From the NCBI GenBank assembly GCA_964270895.1, contig OZ185447.1: a stretch of 64,000 nt of DNA. One strand, given 5' to 3'. The position numbers and the translations under genes are program-made. This document shows, one piece after another, positions 48,147 to 57,330 of this stretch (the first letter of the stretch is position 1; each line of letters starts with the position of its first letter). The notes under the pieces were generated by a model. The model was not told the origin of the DNA and did not search any database. It saw nothing but the letters and a program-made list of their open reading frames with translations. This stretch comes from Podarcis filfolensis. Lineage: Eukaryota.

Positions 48147-51100
48147 TCAGGGCTGCTCTGCCGTGTGGTTCTGGAGGTGCTGCAGCAATATCGAGCTGTT
48201 GCGGGAGATCTTCCCAGGCTCAGAGTGCCCAAAGTATCTGCCCTTCTCCTGCTGCCCATGGCGCTGGCCCAGCACTCCCGCGGCACCCGAGGCTTTCCCC
48301 AAATCAAGGTGGAAGTAGGGCTCCGTGGTCTGCAAAGGGTCGCCTAAACTCTGCTTCCCGTCCCCACCACGATCCTTTGGCCGCAGCGATGCACCCCTTT
48401 TAGAGACGTGGTTTTCCCTCCGCAAAAGGACAGCCGAGATCTCTGTGAAGCTCTCCCCGAATTCCAGGGGGCTCCCGGGGTCCCTCTCCTTGCCGCGATT
48501 GTTTCTCGGTGGTGGCGTCTGCCGCACGGCCCTGGCTTTCTCTACCGTGTGTTCCATCTGGTGCCGGATCAGAGCCACCCTCTCCGGGAAGCCCTTCCCG
48601 CACTCGGGACACTTCAGCAGCCGCCCCTTCGTGTGGCTGGCCTGGTGGCATGACAAGCCACCGGCGTCCGCAAAGCTCTGCTCGCAGTCGTGGCACTTGT
48701 AGGGCTTGGTGCTCGGGCGGTGGATGAGGGCAGCCATTTCGGTGGAGACCGGAGGAGGTCTGTCGGCGGAAGAAGCTCTCTTCTGCAGCGGAGCAGCAAC
48801 CAAGCTGTCTTTAAGCGAGCTGTCACCCAGGGGGCCCAGACCAGGCTCTTCTTCGGGTGGGGTTTGTGAGGCGAGAGCTGAGCTGTCCTGGAGGCCCAGC
48901 CCACCCGAAGACGCCTCCTCTTCTTCAGGGATGCTCTCAGGTGTGACACCGTCCAGAGTCTGAGCTTTTGGGTGGATTCTCTGGTGCAAAGTAGGCCTCA
49001 AGGGGTCGCTAAAGGGCTGTTTGTCCAGTGGGACACTCTTGTGGGGGCTGGACACCACTTTTTCATCGGAGGGCTGGTCACCAGAGAATATTTTCTGGGC
49101 TGTGGTAAAACTTGTGTCAGCAGGCTCCTCCATGGGATCGCTCAGTTGAGTTACAAGATCTGAGTCGGCCCGAGGAGATTCTCTGGATTCAAGACGTCCG
49201 TGCATTTCGTCCCCCAAGCTCTTCTGGTGGAGCAAGAGGCCTTCACAGTCCTCAAAGGCCTGGCCACACTCCAGACACTTCTCGCAGACATGTTCCCCCC
49301 GGTGCCGAGTGAGGGCCAAAAGGCCCTCAAAGCTCTGCTCGCACTGGGGACATTTGTACAAATCCTCTTCCATGTGGGTCATCTGATGGTGGGAGAGGGC
49401 TGCGCCATCGGCAAAGGCCTGTCCACACTTGGAGCAGGCGTGAGGCCTCCGCCGGTGGCTCTGCTGATGGTACTCCAAGGCCGAACTATCCTTGCAGCCT
49501 TCCCCACGCTCCAGACAGCCCCACGACGCTTCCCCCTCCTGACGCGGCACGAGAGCCGTCCCGACAGCAAAGCTCTCCCTGGAATCCACACGCACCGGCG
49601 TCTTCGGGGATCCTGGGCCAAACAGGAGCTCAGAGTCCTCCTTGCACCTCCCGCTCTCCTCGTGCTCCTCGAGTGCCTGGCTGTCAACAAAGCTCTCTCC
49701 GCACGCCCCGCAGATGTGCAGTGAGTGTGCTTCTTGGTGCTGCACCAGGGCCAAGCGGTCCTTGCAGTTCTGACCGCAGACGCCACATATCCAAGATTCA
49801 TGGTTCTCCTGATGGCAGGCTAAGGCGCCGGAGTCCCCAAAGCTCCTCCCACATTCAGTACAGATGTAAGACGTGTGGCTTTCCTGGTGCTGTGCTAACT
49901 TGGCGCCATCTTGGAAGCTCTCCCCGCATATGTTGCAGACGAGGGGGACGTGGCCCTTCTGGTGCTGCACGAGTCCGGCTGCATCTTTGCACTCCGGCCC
50001 GCACATGGTGCAAGTGGCGCCGCTCTCCGGGTGCGATGCCGGCGCATGGCTTTCCCCACAGGTTTCCCCCAGGCCCTCTGGCTCTCTGGCACCTCCTTTG
50101 CCGCTGCATTTCCCGTCCTCCTGTTGCTGGTGGCGCTGCAGCTCCTTCTCCTGGGCGAAGCGCCGCCCACAGCCATGGCAGACGTGGGGCCGCTCCTCCA
50201 TGTGGATGCGCTGGTGGGTGATGAGGTTGGAGCTCTGGGAGAAGCGCCGCCCGCACTCCTCGCAGTGGTAGGGCCGCTCGCCCGTGTGCGTCCGCCGGTG
50301 CTGCGTGAGGTGGGAGCTGCGGACGAAGGCCTTGCCGCAGTCGGGGCAGGCGTAGGGCTTCTCGCCCGTGTGGATGCGCTGGTGGCGGATGAGGGTGGAG
50401 CTCATGCCGAAGCACTTGCCGCAGTCAGCGCAGCGGTAGGGCTTCTCCCCCCGGTGGATGCGCGAGTGCAGCGTGAGGTTGGAGGCCAGCGAGAAGCTCT
50501 GCCCGCACTCCCCGCAGGCGTAGGGGCGGCTCTCGCTGTGGCAGCGCCGGTGCCGCTCCAGCGCCGAGCTGAGCCCAAAGGTCTTGCCGCAGTCAGCGCA
50601 GCGGTACGGCTCCACCCCCATGTGCAGGCGCTGGTGCTTGACCAGGGTGGCACCGTGGCCGAAGCGCTTGCCGCACTCCTGGCACTGGTAAGGCTTCTCG
50701 CCCGAGTGTGTCCGCTGGTGCTGGATGAGCTCCGAGCTCTGGATGAAAGTCTTGCCGCAGTCGTTGCAGCGGAAAGGCTTCTCCCCGGCGTGGATCTTGC
50801 GGTGCTTGACCAGGTTGGCACTCTGGGTGAAGCCCTTGCCACACTCGTCGCACTTGAAGGGGCGTTCGCCCGTGTGCGTGATCTGGTGTTGGATGAGGTC
50901 CGAGGAGCGGTAGAAGCTTTTTGGGCACTCTGGGCAGCGATAGGGCTTCTCCCCCGTGTGGCTGCGCTGGTGTTTGATGAGGTTGGTGCTCTGGGAGAAG
51001 GCCTTGCCGCACTCCCGGCACACATAAGGCTTCTCCCCGGTGTGGGTCCGCTGGTGCTGGGCCAGGTTGGAGCTCCAGGAAAAGGCCTTGCCGCAGTCGC

Positions 51101-51433
51101 CGCAGACGTAGGGCTTCTCGCCCGTGTGTGTCCGCCGGTGCTGCACCAGGTGGGAGCTCTGGGTGAAGGACTTGCCACAGTCGGTGCACGTGTTGGGGCG
51201 CTCGCCCGTGTGGATGCGCCGGTGGCGCACCAGCTTCGACCACTGGCTGAACGCTTTCCCGCACTCGCCGCAGGGGTATGGGCGCTCCCCCTTCCCGCGT
51301 TGCGGAGGGGCCGCAGCGGGCGAGTCGTCATCCCTGACGCGGCGTCCGGACTCCATACATAAAATGCCCTCTTCTTCTTCCTCCTCCTCCTCCTCCTCCA
51401 CCTCCTTCAAGGGCTCCATCTTCTCAGCATCAC
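48147..51433 (-). CDS. ZNF629: ZNF629 orthologue, large last coding exon
   Basis: Finger helices [72 protein letters not shown] follow the order recalled for human ZNF629, including the GERPNTC linker; ttgccag acceptor, phase 1. Confidence 0.85.
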
Positions 51434-51605
51434 CTGGCAAAGAGGCAACGAAGGAAGAAGGAATCAGAAACGGGGAGGTCTCAAATAACCTGGAACGGGC
51501 AGAAACTTTAATCTGCCAGAGCTCAGCTGTGCAAAAGTTTGGGATGCCATCCACACAGGATTCCCTTCAACATACAAAGCAGCCTCAAGAGTACAGTCCC
51601 ATCTA

Positions 51606-52015
51606 AAGGTAAAAAAGGTAAAGGTAAAAAAGGTAAAAGGTAAAGGACCCCTGGAAGGTTAAGACCAGTCAAAGGTGACTATGGGGTTGAGGTGCTTATC
51701 TCGCTTTCAGGCCGAGGGAGCCGGCGTTTGTCCACAGACAGCTTTCCAGGTCATGTGGCCAGCAGGACTAAACCGCTTCTGGCACAATGGGACCCCGTGA
51801 TGGAAACCAGAGTGCATGGAAATGCCGTTTACTTTCCCGCTGCAGCAGTACCTATTTATCTACGTGCACTTTGACGTGCGTTCGAACTACTAGGTTGGCA
51901 GGAGCTGGGACAGAGCAACGGGACCTCACTCTGTCGTAGGGATTTGAACCACCAACCTTCCGATCGGTAAGCCTAAGTGGCTCAGTGGTTTAGACCACAG
52001 CACCACCCGCGTCCC
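51606..52015 (-). mobile_element. Full-length Sauria SINE
   Basis: GGGACGCGGGTGG head, (ACCTTT)n tail, 14-bp TSD with 2 mismatches (51592-51605, 52016-52029). Confidence 0.88.
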
Positions 52016-52893
52016 TACAAGCCCATCTATCCCATTTCTAGCCACCCTGGAACTGAGCTTGTTCCCCAGTACCGTTCTGTTTTGGGGAGACCCCGTGAAC
52101 TTGGTTCTGCATCAGCTCGAGCGTTTAACTAATCACCCATTTGGAATCTAGGAAGGGTATTTACCTCCCTAGACCAGACAAGTTATTAAACCGGGAAGCT
52201 TTCGTTTTATCTTCTACTTGTTGCATGCTAATTAATACCTCCCACACAGACTGGCTGCCCCTATGGAGCTTCCTAGACACACACAAACACACCAACCGGC
52301 TGGGCTTTTGGATCCCGTCAGTGCTTCATGCACTTGAGTTAATGATGGATGTTGCTGTTTAATTCATCAAGTCATTCGTCGCCATTTAATGCGCTGCCTT
52401 TAATTAATATGTCTTTTGGTTGTAAAGCACTTGAAACGTTCTAAATGTTGTTGCTCTTAAATGAACACAGATTCTACAACCCCCCATCATCCCTGACCAT
52501 TGGCCCTGCTGGCCGGGGCTGATGGCATTTGGAGTCCAAGAAAATCCGGAGGGCTACAGGCTCCCCATCCTTGATCCATAAGTGAGGTTAGAGAGCCTGA
52601 TGGAAGTGGGAGCTGCAGGAAGTCACAATTTGTTGACTTTTGAGGAAAGGGAAGATTTCACAAGAGTGAAATCCTAGAATTCAAGAAACAACCTGGGAAG
52701 AAAAGGGGGGTGTGGCGGGGGAAATCTAAACCTTTGGAAGGAGAGGAGGAAATACGCATTGCAATGGATATGGATGGGAGAGAGAGATGGGTCTTGAGCC
52801 CTCCAATCCCAGATGAATGGCATGAGAGGGCTGGTGGTGTGGACCTTATATCCCCTCTTTTCAAGACAAGAATTCCGCTTTCATCTTTCCCAC

Positions 52894-52975
52894 CTGGTTG
52901 GGTGATTCTCAGGGTCTCCCCTTCCTCCAAAGTTCCAGGTCCGTCAGGATCGCTTGCCTCCTTTGTTCCATCCAT
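52894..52975 (-). CDS. ZNF629: ZNF629 first coding exon (MDGTKEASDPDGPGTLEEGETLRITQP; full exon 52894-53010)
   Basis: CAG acceptor at 53011-53013, CAG|GTGGG donor; splices in frame to the last exon; total CDS 3369 bp. Confidence 0.65.
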
Positions 52976-53337
52976 GTGGGGTGCTGCGGCAAGAGCATTT
53001 TCTAGGGGACCTGCAGACCCAAGAGTGAAAAACAGGCTAAGTCCATGCGCCTTACCCGAGATGTTGAAAAATCTCCTTTCTATCAGGGTCAACAGCGCTA
53101 AGCCATATCAGTCGCTTTCAGGCCGTGTGCTGGGGAATCCTGCGGTTCCTCTACTTAATAGGAGATCAATACCAGTGAAAGGCAGCTCGCTGATGCCAAT
53201 CATCCCCTGATCACAGAGAGCTGCAAGCAAACTAGAGTGTTTGGAACTCGCTCCTGCAGGAAGCATTGATGGCCAACTTGAGATGGCTTTTAAAGAGGAT
53301 TAGACAAATTCACCGAGAAGGTTATTAAGAGCTGGTA

Positions 53338-53598
53338 CAGTGGTGCCCCGCAAGACAAATGCCTCGCAAAACGAAAAACGCGCAAGACGAAAGGGTTTTT
53401 CGGTTTTTGCATCGCTTCGCTAGACGATTTTCCCTATGGGCTTGCTTTGCAAGACGAAACGTCTTGCGAGTTCTTGCGAGTTTGTTTCCTTTTTCTTAAA
53501 GCCGCTAAGCCGCTAATAGCCGTGCTTCGCAAGACGAAAAAACCGCAAGACGAAGAGACTCGCGGAACGGATTAATTTTGTCTTGCGAGGCACCACTG
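53338..53598. mobile_element. Tigger-like MITE
   Basis: CAGTGGTGCCCCGCAAGAC/GTCTTGCGAGGCACCACTG TIRs, TA TSD, internal GCAAGACGAA repeats. Confidence 0.85.
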
Positions 53599-53616
53599 TA
53601 GCCATGATGAGCTATG

Positions 53617-53728
53617 CCCATAAGCAGGACGTAGTTGCACTCTCCCCATAAACAGGACGTAATTGCACTCTCCCCATAAGCAGGACATAATTGCACTTTC
53701 CCCATAAGCAGGACGTAATTGCACACTC
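53617..53728. repeat. 28-bp minisatellite, 4 copies
   Basis: Consensus CCCATAAGCAGGACGTAATTGCACTCTC, contiguous units without spacers. Confidence 0.9.
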
Positions 53729-53953
53729 CCACCTGAAATTCTGGCAGCAAACGCCCACTTGAGAGAGGGCCAAGTCCAGATACAAAGTCCTCACTCCCTG
53801 GTTCCTTAGCAAGCGCCATGTGCTCTTAATTTACGCTGCCCTCATGATGGGGACTTGCCTCAATTCGCAAAGGGGGGGAAGTGGGGAAAAGAGAAAATAA
53901 TAATAATCAATTTAACTCAGGGAAGTGGGCAGATTCCAAACGGGTTGCAAGTA

Positions 53954-54199
53954 CAGTGTTACCTCAGATTACATACTTAATTCATTCATTCCGGAGGTCC
54001 ATTCTTAACCTGAAACTGTTCTTAACCTGAAGCACCACTTTAGCTAATGGGGCCTCCTGCTGCTGCTGCGCTGCCGGAGAACAATTTCTGTTCTCATCCT
54101 GAAGCAAAGTTCTTCACCCAAGGTAATATTTCTGGGTTAGCGAAGTCTGTAACCTGAAGCATATGTAACCTGAAGTGTATGTAACCCGAGGTACCACTG
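53954..54199. mobile_element. Tigger-like MITE (same family as 38973-39159, opposite orientation)
   Basis: CAGTG...GTAACCCGAGGTACCACTG, TA TSD. Confidence 0.82.
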
Positions 54200-54974
54200 T
54201 ATGAAGTGCGTACAAACAGACACTATAGCGCTGAAGGTGAAGGCCACATCCACACAATACATTTAAAGCACTGCTGTACCACTTTAAACAGTCCCCACGC
54301 CCATACCCCGAATCCTGGGAACTGTCATTTGTTAAGGATGCTGACAATTGATAGGGGACCCCTATTCCCCCTCACAGAGACGCAATTCATTTTGAGTCAG
54401 ACTCTTAGTTCATTAGCACGAGTGGGGTGCATGGTTTATTCTGGCCCAGGCAGTTCTGCAGGGCCCCAAGCCAAGGTCTTGCCCAGCCCTGCTAGATTCC
54501 CCATCCCCACACACAAGATCTCTTGCAACTGGCAATGCCAGCCATTGAGCCTGGGACCACGCCTGCATGCAAAACACTCGCTTTGCCACTGAGCAGTGGG
54601 CAGCTGGCTGAGCCAGAGATCGGCTGCATCTTAACCGCTCGTCCTGGCAGATCTTGCTCCTTACTCAGGAATAAGTCCCATTGGACACGGTGGCACTTCC
54701 CTCTGCGTAAACAAAGTTTAGGATTGTGCTGCACAGGTTTACCTCAGCTAAAGAGTTGTGCAATGGGCTTCGCAAACATCCAAAGAGCTCCCTTTCTTTC
54801 TTTTTTAATTAAAAAAAACAAGGAGCCTGTGGCCCACTGGACATTGCTGAATTAATTTTGGCTGACCACACGGGCTATCCCTGTATATACTCTGAAAAGC
54901 ACTGGTCACTGACTTTTACTGCTGATCTTATGTCAATGCAAAACTTGTTAATGAAAACTACTATCCACACAAAC

Positions 54975-55390
54975 CTGCCCGAGTTCTGAGATCTTCAGGG
55001 GAGACCCATCTCTCGGTTCCGTCACGCTCACAGGCAGCAGGGCCTTCTCGGTGGCTGCTTCCAGACTTTGGAACTCCCTTCCTAGAGAAGTTAGACTGGC
55101 TTCCTCCTTGTCCTTCTGTCAGCAGGTGAAGGCTTTCTTGCTCCAACAAGTGTTCGGGAACCGACTGCTTTTAATAAGGGGGCCAGTGCCGTGCTGTTTT
55201 TGTTGCAACTGTCTGTATGCTTTTAATATATCTAAGAGAGAAAGAGTTTTAATTATACTGATGTTTAATTGTTTTTCATGATTTTTTTCCGTACGTTTTT
55301 AGCTGTTCTTATTTTATCTGTATCCCATGCAGAGTCCCTGCCAGGGAAAGTGGCAGGGTATAAATAAATATAACGATTATTATTATTATT
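54975..55390 (+). mobile_element. L2 3' fragment (second subfamily)
   Basis: GGGCCTTCTCGGTGGCTGCTTCCAGACTTTGGAACTCCCT...GGCAGGGTATAAATAAAT end. Confidence 0.7.
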
Positions 55391-56057
55391 TGGGGAAAGC
55401 AACAGAAGAATTGTACAAGAAGGATCAGTGGTCTATACAGAGTTAGGGGGTTAATAGATGATGATTCACAGCTAAGGAGCAGAAAAGGTTGTGTCCCTTC
55501 TTTTGGCATGGGACAACCCAGGTTTTAGCACCCCACACTGTGGTTCTCTGTCCACAACTGCTTCAGAAAACACACACACACAAACGCTCCTCACCCGCTA
55601 TATTTCACAAAGCTTAATGCAGAATAAACGGCACTTCCCCTTGTTCTCATGGTTAGAATCAACAACGCAGATCAGGAACGCTTCTTCATCTGCTTCAATG
55701 TGCCTTGCCGAGCAAATACGAAAATCCCTCTCTCAGGCTGCAATCCTATGCACGCGTACTTTGGAGTAAACCGCGCTGGAACCCAAGGGCTAGGATCGCG
55801 TCGCTAACTCCCCTCCCCAGGCTACGACAAGGAGATCGAAGTGATCTGAAGTACAACGCTGCCGATCTCCCGGTGCCAGCGCACTAAATAATGACTTATG
55901 TTTTGATCATTTGCAAAAAAAAAAAAAAAATCCCTGCATCTGGCCTGTCCACACAACCGCCAACGCCAACCCCGGTCTCTTTTGTTTGCAAAATAAAAAA
56001 TTAAAAAATAAAAATGCACCCATTTCCCAGTTCTTGCAAAGACACCCTAAAACTCAC

Positions 56058-56560
56058 CATCGCAGCTGCCGCTGCTTCAGAGGTCTGCAGCTCTGGGGAG
56101 ATCTTGCCCCCCACGGGGACCCCCCCTCCCCATAAGGCCAGGGGAGCCCCCCGCCCCCAGCTCCCTGTGCACTGCAGTAACCCTGTCTCCGCTCACCAGC
56201 CACCAGGGCTCAGGGTGACTGGGAGGGAGCGAGTCAGAGGAAGTTCCCTCCTCTGCACGGTCCCCCTCTTCCGCCGCTTGCAGGCAGGGAATGGAAAGGA
56301 GGAGGCATTCTCTATGGTGGTTAACCATTTCCATTTAAAGAGGCAGCTGGCCGGGGCTCCTGGCTAGCTTTCTGGGACGGAGCAGGCTCAGGGAGGAATC
56401 GCTTGGCTGCAGCTCCGGGAAGGCGCATTGCGCCCTCGTGGGCGCATTCGATTTCCAAGGAGCGCAGTGGATTTGGGGAACTAGGATTCCCAGATCATCT
56501 CGGCGCTCCTCTGCAAAGCGGTCCAGAGCAGTAAGCACCGGGAACCAAGATGCCCCGACC
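56058..56560 (-). promoter_or_regulatory. ZNF629: CpG promoter/first exon of ZNF629
   Basis: CpG-rich segment ending in a strong ATG|GTGAGT donor at 56058; degenerate ACTAGGATTCCCAGA motif at 56480-56494. Confidence 0.5.
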
Positions 56561-56632
56561 CCCTTCCTCTTTTTTGTATATAAATTTTAATAATTTTTCC
56601 GATTTACAATTTAAGATACTCATTTTCCTTAA

Positions 56633-56787
56633 AACAAAAAAAAAATTCCTTCCAGTAGCACCTTAAAGACCAACTAAGTTAGTTCTTGGTATGAGCTTTC
56701 GTGTGCATGCACACTTCTTCAGATACACTGAAACAGAAGTTGCCAGATCCTTCTATATAGTGAGAAGGTGGGGAGGGGTATCTGTAA
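56633..56787 (-). mobile_element. Penelope-like element pseudo-LTR fragment inserted in an L1
   Basis: GAAGAAGTGTGCATGCACACGAAAGCTCATACC...GGTCTTTAAGGTGCTACTGGA resembles squamate PLE termini (recalled); flanked by 12-bp direct repeat CATTTTCCTTAA (56621-56632, 56788-56799). Confidence 0.7.
56689..56726 (-). ncRNA. Minimal type I hammerhead ribozyme motif within Penelope-like element
   Basis: Minus strand GUAU-CUGAAGA-A-GUGUGCAUGCACAC-GAAA-GCUC-AUAC: stem I GUAU/AUAC, conserved core, stem II, palindromic loopless stem III (AGCU), CUC cleavage triplet. Confidence 0.7.
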
Positions 56788-57268
56788 CATTTTCCTTAAG
56801 ACATCAATGACTTCCCTTCTTCTCTTTCCATGGTTCATTCTACATATCATAAATCCCTGCGTATTTTACAAAAACTATACCATTCAATATTCCATTATTG
56901 CACCTATCAAAACTGATTTACACTGTTGAATTTATCTTAATGCTGCCAGCGTTTTCAGCTATACACAATTATTTCCCATATATTCAATAAACGTTATCCA
57001 ATCTTCTTTGAGCGTATGTTCTTCTTGTTCTCTTATTCTATGTGTTAAGTCTGTGGGTTGTGCATATTTCTTCTTTTTACAGATGCAAAGGACTCGTTTA
57101 CAAAGCTTTAATACCTCCTGGGGCGAGATATTTAATTTGTGGTCCTTCTTTCCCATCTGGCTGGAGAAAGCTGCTCCTGTTGGATTTCTGGCTGCCGTGG
57201 GGAATTTGGGAGGGTGGGAGGTGGCAGCCGTATTGTGGGAAAGGGCAAGAGGTTGAAAGCTGGTCAGC

Positions 57269-57271
<3 letters not shown>

Positions 57272-57327
<56 letters not shown>
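57272..57327. repeat. (GA)n microsatellite
   Basis: Direct inspection. Confidence 0.95.

Positions 57328-57330
<3 letters not shown>

Larger units (their letters stand above)
56565..57110 (-). mobile_element. L1 3' fragment hosting the Penelope insertion
   Basis: DLTHRIREQEEHTLKEDWITFIEYMGNNC L1 ORF2 end-like. Confidence 0.7.

Noticed and set aside
49911-51362. 483-aa plus-strand ORF (also 37677-38633, 36783-37592, 63271-63978)
   Set aside because: Exactly antisense to GC3-rich zinc-finger exons; stop-poor shadows with periodic low-complexity sequence and no splice or promoter support
53617-53728. CRISPR-like array
   Set aside because: Units are contiguous with no unique spacers, no cas genes, eukaryotic context
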